A DNA stretch of 64,000 nucleotides from Candidatus Heimdallarchaeota archaeon (GTDB lineage Archaea > Asgardarchaeota > Heimdallarchaeia > Hodarchaeales > Hodarchaeaceae): the NCBI GenBank assembly GCA_020353515.1, contig CP070695.1, forward strand, positions 4,785,414 to 4,849,413, written 5' to 3'. Of the stretch, positions 19,917 through 29,855 are shown piece by piece. The notes below the pieces were generated by a model. That model did not search any database and had not been told where the DNA came from. It was given only the letters and a program-made list of their open reading frames with translations. Within the stretch, counting starts at the first letter, position 1, and every line of letters starts with the position of its first letter. The position numbers were made by a program, and so were the translations under genes.

Positions 19917-20891
19917 TTATCCTCGAATTTTCTTTAAAAGTTCTGGAAGGACTTCGTGGAGATCAGCTATAATAGCATAATGAGCCACATCAAGCATAGG
20001 TGCTTCTTCATCTGTATTAACAGCGATTATTGTTTTTGAGTTCCTCATACCTACAAGGTGCTGAATAGCTCCTGAGATCCCAAGTCCAATATAAAAGTCA
20101 GGTGTGATTGTCTTCCCTGTTTGACCAATCTCATGATCATAAGGTACCCAATCCGCATCTACAGCTGCTCGACTCGCTCCAACCTCACCGCCCAGGGCTT
20201 TAGCTGCTTCATAGATGATTGCAAACTTTTCTTTGCCCCCAACACCACGACCACCTGCAACAATTAATTTAGCTTTCGTGATATCGACTGAAACTTTGGC
20301 TATTATTTCTTCCACAAAGATTTCTCGTTTGTCGCTATCTGAAATAACAGCAGAGAAGTCAGTTACTTCTCCAGATAACGTTTCATCAATTTCTGCTTCA
20401 GGATTATTACCACCCAAAATAGTTACAAAATTTAATTGGTCTTTATCTGCTGACATCGTCCCAAGGAGTTTCTCTTCAAACAAAGGGTGAATTCCAATAA
20501 GATTTTCACCTTCAACACTCAAAGAATTCACAGAGGCGAACATTGCAGAATTAAATCTAGCAGCTAAACGGGGGATTATTTCCTGGCCATATAAACTTGC
20601 TCCAGCCATAATGATAACTGGGGGGGTAAATTGTTTAATTATTGCTTCTAAGGTTCGAGTGTGATAAAGGATGTTTGTTCCTGCAAATTGTGCATCATCA
20701 ACTTTGTGAACTTTCTTTACACCATATTTTATTGTTTCATCAGCTAAATCAGCAATTCCTTGCCCTAAAATTACTCCTTCAATTTCAGCTCCTAGATCTT
20801 TACTAAGTTCTTTTGCGACTGTAAGGCATTCTTTTGTTATCCCCATGATTTTACCTTTGGCTACTTCAATAATTACAAGTATGTTTGTCAT
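19917..20891 (-). CDS. etfA: Electron transfer flavoprotein alpha subunit
   Basis: VAGGRG, GASRAAVD, IGQTGK and GISGAIQH..GM. Confidence 0.95.
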   Translation of the reverse strand: MTNILVIIEVAKGKIMGITKECLTVAKELSKDLGAEIEGVILGQGIADLADETIKYGVKKVHKVDDAQFAGTNILYHTRTLEAIIKQFTPPVIIMAGASLYGQEIIPRLAARFNSAMFASVNSLSVEGENLIGIHPLFEEKLLGTMSADKDQLNFVTILGGNNPEAEIDETLSGEVTDFSAVISDSDKREIFVEEIIAKVSVDITKAKLIVAGGRGVGGKEKFAIIYEAAKALGGEVGASRAAVDADWVPYDHEIGQTGKTITPDFYIGLGISGAIQHLVGMRNSKTIIAVNTDEEAPMLDVAHYAIIADLHEVLPELLKKIRG

Positions 20892-20904
20892 TCCTATTCA
20901 CCTC

Positions 20905-21720
20905 TTATTTATACGCTCCTAGGTTTAACCCTTTCTCCTTTAGAGCTGCTAGTAACTGGTCTACTAATGTTGAGGCATCTTCATCCTTGAAGACCACACA
21001 CTTCTCAGTACGAGGGGGAGGGGCCTCCATTTTGATGATGTTAACGTTGGAGTCTAGAGATCCTGCCTCTAATTCACTTATTTCCCACACAGGAACCTTA
21101 GTTCGGCTCGCTTGCATTATTCGACGTACACTGGTATAGCGGGGTTCTTCAAAATCCCCACTTGATGCAATGCTGAGTATAGCAGGTAATTGAAGTTCTA
21201 TTGTTCTAGTTCCTCCTTCGATGACTTTTTCGACCTTGACCTTACCACCATCAAATGAAATTCGTTCAACCCACGAGGCGGTAGGAAGATCAAGGAACTC
21301 GGATACCATGGGGGCCATCGTAGCTGTACCGTAATCATAACTTTGCATTCCAAATAGAACCAAGTCAAAAGTTCCGATCTTTGTAACCGCGGCCGCTAAA
21401 ATCTTTGCAACAGCAAAAAAATTCGTCACACGTGCCTCGGAATTCTCAATCCTAATAGCCTCGTTACAGCCCATTGCAATTGCCTCTTTAACAACCTTAT
21501 CGGCCATATCAGACCCTAAACACACAGCTGTGACTTTACCTTCGCCTTTCTCCTCAACAATTTTCAAAGCTGCCTCTATAGCATGTTTATCATAATTGTT
21601 TGTCATAACATCTGCTTTATCATCCCGATCCCCTGGGAAGGTCTCATCTGGGGATAAGGGAGCATTTCGATCAATTGTTGCTTTCACAAACACAATTATA
21701 TTCATGTTCAAACTTTCCAA
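20905..21720 (-). CDS. etfB: Electron transfer flavoprotein beta subunit
   Basis: IIVFVK, D..AIEAAL, AIAMG, G.QS.D and EPRY; adjacent to etfA. Confidence 0.92.
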   Translation of the reverse strand: MESLNMNIIVFVKATIDRNAPLSPDETFPGDRDDKADVMTNNYDKHAIEAALKIVEEKGEGKVTAVCLGSDMADKVVKEAIAMGCNEAIRIENSEARVTNFFAVAKILAAAVTKIGTFDLVLFGMQSYDYGTATMAPMVSEFLDLPTASWVERISFDGGKVKVEKVIEGGTRTIELQLPAILSIASSGDFEEPRYTSVRRIMQASRTKVPVWEISELEAGSLDSNVNIIKMEAPPPRTEKCVVFKDEDASTLVDQLLAALKEKGLNLGAYK

Positions 21721-21731
21721 TTACATTCTGT

Positions 21732-22979
21732 TTATTGTTGAGCTCTGCCTAGAGTGCCCCGTCCAATGATTGTTTTTTGCATTTCAGAAGTCCCTTCGTA
21801 AATTGTAAGAACACGAGCGTCTCTAAACAATCGTTCAACACGATACTCTCGACTATAGCCATACCCTCCGTGAATTTGAACTGCATCATAAGTAATTTTT
21901 TGCGCAACTTCAGTCGCGAAGTATTTTGCCATTGATGATTCAATTTGTGTATCTTCGTTGTTATCTTTCATTCGAGCAGTGTTTAAATAAAGTAAGCGAG
22001 CTTGGTGTACTTGAGTGGCCATATCTGCCAGCATAAATGAGATAGCTTGATGTTTTCCAATAGGACGACCAAATTGAACTCGTTGATTGGCATAATTGAT
22101 ACTTTCCTGCAATGCAGTTTCAGCAATACCAGCTGACTGAGCTGCGATACCTATACGACTTGATGCTAAACTCCCTAAGACTAACCTTAATCCTCCATTC
22201 TCTTTTCCTAATAAATTTTCTTTAGGAACTTCAGCACGATCTAAAGCAACCTGAGAAGTAATTGATCCATGTAAACCCATTTTTTCTTCTATTCGGACTA
22301 CTTCATAACCGTCACCAGCAATATCAGGATCCACAATAAAAGCACTTAAACCTCTTGGGCCTTGGGTTTTGTCAGTAACAGCAAGGGTAATATTAGTACC
22401 AGCTGCACCACCATGTGACAAGAAGATTTTGTTACCCGTTAAATAATAAGAGTCACCCTCTAATTCTGCTTTTGTAGTAACAGCAGAGATATCAGATCCA
22501 GCATTAGGTTCAGAAAACGCCATGGCTCCTATAGCGTCTCCACTTGAAAGCAGGGGGAGGTATTTTTGTTTAGCTTCTGGAGTCCCATGATTGTTAATAA
22601 TTTCTATACTAAGACTTTGACTCGGAAAAAACATAGAGAAAGCTAATGAGGCTCGTGCTATCAATTCTATAACAGCTGTCCATAACGAATAACTTAATCC
22701 GAATCCATCATATTCTTCTGGGACGATTATCGCAAAGAGGTCATTTTCTTGGCATTTCTTATATAATTCCATCATACCTGAAGGGTAACTAACCTGTTTT
22801 GTTTGAGGATCAAAATGGGCTCCTTCTTCATCCCATTCTTGCTCTTTTTCGATAATTTCATTCATAGCAAGATCATAAACCATCTCTAAGATCATCTGAT
22901 TCTGCTCTTGCTCCTCTTTTGAAAAATTAAAACTCTTAAAAATCTTTAAAATCTGCTTCATGAATTGTACCTCTAGCAT
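21732..22979 (-). CDS. Acyl-CoA dehydrogenase
   Basis: FSEPNAGSD, GNKIF, KMGLHGS, RVQFGRPI, QIHGGYGY and IYEGTSE; first gene of the acd-etfB-etfA run. Confidence 0.95.
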   Translation of the reverse strand: MLEVQFMKQILKIFKSFNFSKEEQEQNQMILEMVYDLAMNEIIEKEQEWDEEGAHFDPQTKQVSYPSGMMELYKKCQENDLFAIIVPEEYDGFGLSYSLWTAVIELIARASLAFSMFFPSQSLSIEIINNHGTPEAKQKYLPLLSSGDAIGAMAFSEPNAGSDISAVTTKAELEGDSYYLTGNKIFLSHGGAAGTNITLAVTDKTQGPRGLSAFIVDPDIAGDGYEVVRIEEKMGLHGSITSQVALDRAEVPKENLLGKENGGLRLVLGSLASSRIGIAAQSAGIAETALQESINYANQRVQFGRPIGKHQAISFMLADMATQVHQARLLYLNTARMKDNNEDTQIESSMAKYFATEVAQKITYDAVQIHGGYGYSREYRVERLFRDARVLTIYEGTSEMQKTIIGRGTLGRAQQ

Positions 22980-23012
22980 GTGGTAGATTTACACACATGG
23001 ACAATTTTGATT

Positions 23013-23029
23013 AAAAACCGACGGTTTTT
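23013..23029. promoter_or_regulatory. Palindromic candidate operator AAAAACCG-A-CGGTTTTT
   Basis: Perfect 8-bp inverted repeat with 1-nt spacer, about 35 nt upstream of the acyl-CoA dehydrogenase start. Confidence 0.5.
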
Positions 23030-23283
23030 TCTGTAGGGTCATCGCAGGAATTATCTTCATAAAATTCTTACGGGGTTAAAAAATAATTATAGTCTGACCG
23101 TTTTTCCACATAAGTATAATTCTTTCTTATAGACATTAGCAGGAAAAATATCAATATTTCTATAGCTACAAGTAAAAAAACCAGTAAAGTAGAGAACTTT
23201 AATATCTTAAAATATCAACATGACCAGATTTAAGGTATAGAGTCATTAGAACTAATAGATGAATCTAAATAAGTAGCTATAAA

Positions 23284-23991
23284 TTATCTCGATCGGATCT
23301 TGTCAGTCAACATTTTTTTTTGACTTGTTTTCCGATTATTTCGAAGTTTTTCCTGAAAAATAGTTGCCCGAATAATTTCTCGTGCAAGAACTTTAAATGC
23401 TTCATCAACGTTGATGTTATCTTTTGCAGATGTTTCCATATAATGAACTTCAAAACCGTACTTCCGCTTCAGGAGTTTGGTTAGTTCTGCTGCATACTCT
23501 TTTCCATAACGAGCTGAAACCTGAGTTGGAAAAGCTGGATTATCACGAAGATCACACTTCGAACCAACGATAAGAAGTGGCATTTTACCATGCCCATTCA
23601 ATGCCCAATAGGACTGGATCCACTCAACAAGGTTCATATAGGATTCTTGATTCGTAATATCAAAAAAACATAATGCACCAATCGCTCCACGATAATAAAG
23701 ATCTCTGACGGCCTTAAATCGTGGCTGTCCAGCAAGATCCCAGATTTGAAATTTAATATCATATGTGGATTTAGTTTCTGGATAATACAAAGATAGTTCC
23801 TGACTTGCAAAATCTGCGCCAATGGTCATCAAATACTCAGTCTTGAATCCTTCCCCTAACCACGATCGTCGTAACGCAGTTTTACCCACGCCTCCATCGC
23901 CAACGAGAACAATTTTAGCACGTAATTTGGCACCTGGCCTTAAGGATGTACTTCGTGATGTTGCACGGCGGGAAGCCCCTCTTTGATTCAT
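23284..23991 (-). CDS. Rab-like small GTPase (eukaryotic signature protein)
   Basis: G1 GDGGVGKT, G2 TIGADF, G3 WDLAGQ, G4 SKCD and G5 ETSAK; RabF-like motifs KFQIW, RFKAVR and YYRGA. Confidence 0.92.
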   Translation of the reverse strand: MNQRGASRRATSRSTSLRPGAKLRAKIVLVGDGGVGKTALRRSWLGEGFKTEYLMTIGADFASQELSLYYPETKSTYDIKFQIWDLAGQPRFKAVRDLYYRGAIGALCFFDITNQESYMNLVEWIQSYWALNGHGKMPLLIVGSKCDLRDNPAFPTQVSARYGKEYAAELTKLLKRKYGFEVHYMETSAKDNINVDEAFKVLAREIIRATIFQEKLRNNRKTSQKKMLTDKIRSR

Positions 23992-24568
23992 AATATTTCC
24001 CCTATTCTCTGATGATTCATAAACTTTCTTTTAATCTTTGTTGGTTTAAAGAGAATTCTTTTAATTTCTGAAGGTTTCTTCTAGAGTCCTCTCGAATTCA
24101 GAAGTATCATTCGGAGAGATATATAGTCTGTCCTCTTTGTACTTTTCGTCTCTTTACATACATAGGCCTTTATAAGCTATTCGATATAATAATGCCAACA
24201 ATAAACTTTTATGGTTGAAAAATCACTACTGACCACAAAAAGAGGGAAGAAAAAGCAATTAAAATCATTTATTGAGAGAGGTAGTTATAAGGTCATTCAG
24301 AATGAATGAACATTAATTTTAAAAAATAATCTAGATTTGTAAAGGCTATTCAAAGATTAAATCGCTACATTTCTCTTTTAAAATTAATAGTTTTAATAAC
24401 ATCGAATTGAATCTTTAAATAGGATTTGAAGAACAATTCTAGTATTATTATCCGTCCTAAAACAGTGATACACTCTTGTACTATTTGTTATTATGATACT
24501 AAATAGTTAATTCTTAGCTACCAAAGAATAAAAGAGTTTTCTCTAGATGACCGATTGAGGTCATTGTA

Positions 24569-25750
24569 ATGAATAGACCAGTTATAACGAGTATGTGTAG
24601 GACTCCAATGGGGCGAATGTTAGGAGCATTCTCTAAAAATTTTTCCGCAGCACAACTAGGGGCAGTTGTGATTAAAGAGGCAGTCAATCGCTCTCAAATT
24701 CACCCTAAAGAGGTGGATCATGTCCTAATGGGGCAAGTAATTTCAGCAGGATGTGCACAAAACACAGCACGGCAAGCAACAATTTATGCTGGATTACCAG
24801 TATCAGTCGGAGCGATCACCATCAACAAAGTATGTGGTTCAGGGATGGCAACAGTCATGTGGGCAGCTCAAATGATTAAAACGGGTGATATGGATATTGT
24901 AATTGCAGGAGGGACAGAAAACATGTCCATGGCTCCTTACTTACTGATGAAAGGACGGCAAGGATATCGATTTGGTAACGATCAATTGATTGATGCAATG
25001 TATCACGATGGCTTATATGACATTTACAATGATATGGCCATGGGAAATACTGGTGATATCATATCAAACCGATTTAATATCAGTCGTGAGGAAATGGATG
25101 AATTTGCTTTTAGATCTCATCAACAAGCTCATCAAGCAAGAGAGGCAGGCAAATTCAAAGAAGAAATTGTTCCTGTCGAAGTTCCTGTGCGGAAAAAAGG
25201 GAGTATTACAATAACTGAAGATGAAGGAATTCGGCCAGATACCACATTAGAAAAATTAGCAAAATTACCACCTGTGTTCAAAAAAGATGGAAAAGTAACT
25301 GCTGGAAACGCATCACAAATATCAGATGGTGCTAGTGCTCTCGTGGTCATGTCGGAAGCTTCTGCAAAAGAGAAGGGTATTCCAATCCTAGCAAAAATCG
25401 GATCTTATGGAACCAATGCAACAAAGCCTGAATGGGTTATGGAAGCTCCAGTCACGGGTGTTGAGCAATTACTTGAAAGAACTGGTCTTACTATAAATGA
25501 TTTTGATTTGATCGAACATAATGAGGCATTCGCTGCCGCGAGCTGTGCAGTGCGAAATAGCTTGAACATTCCTGACGAAAAATTCAATGTTAATGGAGGA
25601 GCGGTCGCTTTAGGACATCCTTTAGGATGTTCAGGGACAAGGATTCTTGTAACACTTTATCATGAGCTCGAAAAACGAAAGGGCCATCGAGGTTTAGCAA
25701 CGATTTGTCTTGGTGGTGGAGAAGCTTTATCAATGGTCATTGAGAGGTAA
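24569..25750 (+). CDS. Acetyl-CoA C-acyltransferase (thiolase)
   Basis: NKVCGSG (catalytic Cys), GNASQISDGA, NEAF, GGAVALGHP.G and CLGGG. Confidence 0.96.
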   Translation: MNRPVITSMCRTPMGRMLGAFSKNFSAAQLGAVVIKEAVNRSQIHPKEVDHVLMGQVISAGCAQNTARQATIYAGLPVSVGAITINKVCGSGMATVMWAAQMIKTGDMDIVIAGGTENMSMAPYLLMKGRQGYRFGNDQLIDAMYHDGLYDIYNDMAMGNTGDIISNRFNISREEMDEFAFRSHQQAHQAREAGKFKEEIVPVEVPVRKKGSITITEDEGIRPDTTLEKLAKLPPVFKKDGKVTAGNASQISDGASALVVMSEASAKEKGIPILAKIGSYGTNATKPEWVMEAPVTGVEQLLERTGLTINDFDLIEHNEAFAAASCAVRNSLNIPDEKFNVNGGAVALGHPLGCSGTRILVTLYHELEKRKGHRGLATICLGGGEALSMVIER

Positions 25751-25836
25751 GAACGCCCTCACTCAAGAAAATACAAACCTTATAAAAGGAGGAACAACTA
25801 CAAGTACACAAACAAATTTTCCTTGGAGAAAATAGT

Positions 25837-26295
25837 TTGAATATCTCTCAAAAAACAAGCGCTTATAATGCAGCCTTATCCTCCTTACGTTTTGAACTTA
25901 CCAAAACTTATGAAGAAGCCTTTATCTACAAACTTGTGGTTGATTCGCTCTCAAAAATCCCACATTTTTCATGGATTGGTATTTATTTCTTTAACCCAGT
26001 TACCAAGGAATTTTATCTGGGTTACCATTCTGGAAAAGTAGCAAAGATTACCGTTATTAAGTTAGATCAACTCAGTGTTACTAAATTTGAAATTATAAGT
26101 GATATTACTGCTGAACCAAAGTTTTCAGTCTGCCCTGATGTTGCTTCTGAATGTAAATTGCTAATAATGAAACATAATACGACATTAGGACTAATAGTAA
26201 TTGGTTCAGATAATCCAAATACTTTTAATGAGATAGACAGAAAATACCTGTTAGAGATAGCAGAAACAGTGGCAGATAAGGTATATCATCGCTAA
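25837..26295 (+). CDS. GAF-domain protein (free Met-R-sulfoxide-reductase-like, shortened)
   Basis: FSWIGIY, C...ASE and LG.I.I.S.....F.E.D...L..IA pattern. Confidence 0.7.
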   Translation: MNISQKTSAYNAALSSLRFELTKTYEEAFIYKLVVDSLSKIPHFSWIGIYFFNPVTKEFYLGYHSGKVAKITVIKLDQLSVTKFEIISDITAEPKFSVCPDVASECKLLIMKHNTTLGLIVIGSDNPNTFNEIDRKYLLEIAETVADKVYHR

Positions 26296-26428
26296 TTGGC
26301 ATAATAATGATTTAATCTTGAATAATCCAAGAGGATCCAAAATTAGTCGCGCTTCTATTTAATGAAAATATTAATGCACGAAATTTAGAAGGCGTTATAT
26401 GTTGCTCAATATTTAGAAATCCAGATAA

Positions 26429-27514
26429 TCAAGCTAAAAGCATTTCACCTACTTCACAAAAGCCTAAAGAAGAAAAAAGCCTTAATGAAGGCATATTCAT
26501 CTCATAAATATCAGCATGGATCATATCCACACCCCTATCCATCAAATATCTCAGCGATTTTTGAATAAGGGCTAGGGCAATTTTTCTTCCCCTACAAGAG
26601 GGATGCACGCCAATTCCAGCAATGACTCCGATGTTTGTGTCGACCTGTTTTTCAATAGTAACAGTACAATAGCCGATGGGTTTATAGTATTCGATAGCAA
26701 TAAATGTGCCGTGTTTGAAATATCTTTGCGCATCTTCTATTGATAGAGGGATAAATGTATCAGGAGAGGTAGCTAGCACCATATTAAATAGTCGAACGAA
26801 CTGACGGACTTTTCTATTATGAGATACGTCTAGTTCCTCAATAAAAAGGGACTCAAGTTCAGAGACTTTTTGCAGAGCTTCCATTCGTTCATTGAGATAA
26901 TAGTTTACTGTGGTTATCGGAGCTTCAACAATAACATATCTATTTTTAAGAGATTGAACTTGGTAAGGGAGAAATAGATGATGGAATCCAGTAAGGTTGA
27001 CAAGATTGAGTTCATCTTCAGAAACCCCTAAAGTAACTGATCGTTCATGAAATTGACAAAGACATTCAACAGGGATGACAAAGTAATTTGGGAATCGAAT
27101 CTCAGTTCTTAGAGACCCCTCCTTTCTAACTAGGAAATCCACCCGAAGACCAGGATAATAAGCAATATTTGCTATTCGTCCTAATTCCGATCCCGAAATG
27201 TCATAAACAATCATTTTTTTTACATCTGAGAAACAATAACACTTATCGAAAGAAAAAACCTCTTTTTGAGAACAGGCTTCGTTTATCCGATCTTTCGTCT
27301 GTGAAACTGTAATTTCCTTTTTTGTTGAATCATCATTATTAATGAAAGAAATTGGAATAGCCCATTTTTTTCTCCCCACGATAATATATTCAATCTTATG
27401 AGAAAGTAAGTTGATTAATAAATCACGAATTCTCCCCATTTTTTTTGAATGCCGATCACGAACTTCATAGTCCAAAATTTCTGACGCTAAGTAACCTTTT
27501 TTGGATTTTAGCAC
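26429..27514 (-). CDS. Tandem PRC-barrel / GNAT acetyltransferase fusion protein
   Basis: PRC motifs LASEILDYEVRD..SKKMGRIRDL and VYDISGSELGRI; C-terminal GNAT motifs IGVHPSCRGRKIA and N.PSLRLFSSLGF. Confidence 0.8.
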   Translation of the reverse strand: MLKSKKGYLASEILDYEVRDRHSKKMGRIRDLLINLLSHKIEYIIVGRKKWAIPISFINNDDSTKKEITVSQTKDRINEACSQKEVFSFDKCYCFSDVKKMIVYDISGSELGRIANIAYYPGLRVDFLVRKEGSLRTEIRFPNYFVIPVECLCQFHERSVTLGVSEDELNLVNLTGFHHLFLPYQVQSLKNRYVIVEAPITTVNYYLNERMEALQKVSELESLFIEELDVSHNRKVRQFVRLFNMVLATSPDTFIPLSIEDAQRYFKHGTFIAIEYYKPIGYCTVTIEKQVDTNIGVIAGIGVHPSCRGRKIALALIQKSLRYLMDRGVDMIHADIYEMNMPSLRLFSSLGFCEVGEMLLA

Positions 27515-27791
27515 TAGCTCACATCTACTACTGAAGGTTCAATCACAATACCTTTGGGTAGAGGATTTCCCCTTTTAAATTTTTTATGAGTGACCCTTAT
27601 CTGTTGACCCATGCTTTAACTAACTGTTGGACTCTTTTATTACGAGAGGTACGATACGTAAAAGGTAAATCAATCGATTTTTGAATGTAGAAACTACTCA
27701 AGGGAACTAAAACAACGATTATCTCACACATGACTATTTTTGAGGGCTTATTAAGTAGAAGTAACTATATTCACAATTATATGCCTTTAAT

Positions 27792-27818
27792 GGCAATTTG
27801 CCGCAAAAGGCGCCTTTT
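27792..27818. promoter_or_regulatory. Two adjacent palindromes (GGCAA-T-TTGCC and AAAAGGCGCCTTTT)
   Basis: Inverted repeats at 27792-27802 and 27805-27818, about 100 nt upstream of the ABC operon. Confidence 0.35.
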
Positions 27819-27917
27819 TAAATCACTTGAGTAATTCTTTTACATAATCTTGTAAATTGTAAGTTTCTTCCACTTTTATGTAAAAGGAATTAGAATTCTA
27901 TAGAAGGTAGCTTTCCC

Positions 27918-28961
27918 ATGTCTCAACAGAAAATGATCGAAGTAAACGATCTGGTTAAAATATATCATTCCAAAAGAAGAACAGGATTATTTCGTAGCCA
28001 AAAAAATGAAGTAGAGGCTTTAAGGGGTGTTTCGTTCTTTGTTAATCAGGGGGAAATATTTGGATTGCTTGGCCCTAATGGGGCTGGAAAGACTACATTA
28101 ATTAAAATTCTCACAACTTTACTTTTACCAACCTCTGGTACGGCAAAAGTTAACGAATTTACTCTAGATCAAGATAAGCAGGTTAAAGCGTCTATTGGAG
28201 CAATGTTGATGGGTGAGAGAGGACTTTATTGGAAACTAACAGGACGAGAGAATCTTGAATACTTTGGTGCTCTCTATCATGTCCCAAAAAAAGTTCGGCG
28301 AGAACGAATAGACAATTTAATAGATTTATTAGAACTTGAAAAGATAGCAGATAGAACAGTAGAGACTTATTCATCAGGACAGAAGATGAAAATGGTGTTT
28401 GCACGAGCATTGATTAATAATGCTCCCATTTTAATGTTAGACGAACCTACAAATACTCTAGATGTTAAAGAAGCGAGACGCCTCAGAAAAATCGTGAAAG
28501 AACACAATGAGAGTGAAAATAAGACAATAATTTACTGTACCCATCAAATGTACGAGGCTGAAGAACTCTGTCATCGGGTAGCAATTATTGATCATGGACG
28601 AATTATAGCTCTTGACGATCCTGAAGAACTCAAAGATGGATTAGAACAATCTGATATTCTCAGTATTGAAGGTACTATCCCTGAAGAGGCTAGATTCGCT
28701 GTTAATTCCCTTCCTGGAGTTACATCAGCCAATATACTTGTAAAACGGTCAAATAATGGTTCTACAGAGGAAAAACCTTATCTTAGCGTTGTCTGCGAAG
28801 ATAGTCGTCAGATCCTTCCTGATCTTATTTCAACTCTAAATATTAAGGGCGCCATCATCCGAAATATTGACAAGCAAGAAACAACCTTAGAAGATGTTTT
28901 TGTTAATATCACAGGCCGTTCACTTATGGATGACACTCGTCAGAGTGAGACTTCAAACTAA
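27918..28961 (+). CDS. ABC-2 type exporter ATP-binding protein
   Basis: Walker A GPNGAGKT, signature YSSGQ, Walker B LMLDEP, H-loop, and a C-terminal TLEDVF domain. Confidence 0.95.
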   Translation: MSQQKMIEVNDLVKIYHSKRRTGLFRSQKNEVEALRGVSFFVNQGEIFGLLGPNGAGKTTLIKILTTLLLPTSGTAKVNEFTLDQDKQVKASIGAMLMGERGLYWKLTGRENLEYFGALYHVPKKVRRERIDNLIDLLELEKIADRTVETYSSGQKMKMVFARALINNAPILMLDEPTNTLDVKEARRLRKIVKEHNESENKTIIYCTHQMYEAEELCHRVAIIDHGRIIALDDPEELKDGLEQSDILSIEGTIPEEARFAVNSLPGVTSANILVKRSNNGSTEEKPYLSVVCEDSRQILPDLISTLNIKGAIIRNIDKQETTLEDVFVNITGRSLMDDTRQSETSN

Positions 28962-28977
28962 TGGATGAGGGCCAGAG

Positions 28978-29844
28978 ATGATATTACGCTCAGCTAAAGT
29001 GTCATTAACCGATCATCTAGGGGTACTAGTGGGAACATTCATTGTTCGAGTAAAAGTAATTTCACGATACAAAGGCTCATTACTTATGGATATTCTTATG
29101 CCCTTGTTTTTGGCTGCTATGCCTATCTTATTAGGCCAAGCAATGGCTGGTTCGACCGCTGCTGCATCAGCAAACTTTCAACACAGCACTGGCTTAACTG
29201 AAGCGAATTATATTGCATATATGATAATCGGAGCAAATGTCTTTTCATCAATAATGACTTCTTTCTGGCTCTTTGGTCTTTTTATACGGCGTGAACAGAC
29301 ACTGGGAACTCTAGAATCTCTTTTCATGTCTCCTGCTCATAAACTTTCCATTTTAGCAGGTTTAACTCTCTATGTAGAAGCAAGATCACTCTTTACCTTT
29401 GTATTAGGATATTCATTAGGTTGTATCGTATTTGGGGTCAATCCACTTCAAGGTCAAGTACTCCTTGCACTATTTATTCTCCTCCTTGGTTTGATTCCAA
29501 TCAACGGCTTATCTTTTCTTCTTGGTGCGTTAGTATTGAAAGTCAAACAAGCCAATACCATTTTCAATACTTTTCAATGGCCATTAGCAATAATCTCGGG
29601 GATTTTCTTTCCTATTACTGTTCTACCCGTATTTTTACAGATTTTTGCTTTTATGTTTCCAGGCTTTTATGTGACTCACGACATCCAGGCGGCTCTAACT
29701 GGATTAAAGTGGCTTTTTGGTAATATGTTTCTTGATTTAGGTGTTCTTTTCGCTTTCACTCTCATATGTCCCCTCATTGGATATTGGATATTCGCAAAGA
29801 CGGAAGCAAGGAGTAAGAGAGCAGAAGGAATAGGACAATTTTAA
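28978..29844 (+). CDS. ABC-2 type permease
   Basis: About 6 TM helices, REQTLGTLESLFMSP and SGIFFPITVLP. Confidence 0.9.
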   Translation: MILRSAKVSLTDHLGVLVGTFIVRVKVISRYKGSLLMDILMPLFLAAMPILLGQAMAGSTAAASANFQHSTGLTEANYIAYMIIGANVFSSIMTSFWLFGLFIRREQTLGTLESLFMSPAHKLSILAGLTLYVEARSLFTFVLGYSLGCIVFGVNPLQGQVLLALFILLLGLIPINGLSFLLGALVLKVKQANTIFNTFQWPLAIISGIFFPITVLPVFLQIFAFMFPGFYVTHDIQAALTGLKWLFGNMFLDLGVLFAFTLICPLIGYWIFAKTEARSKRAEGIGQF

Positions 29845-29855
29845 GAGGAATAATC

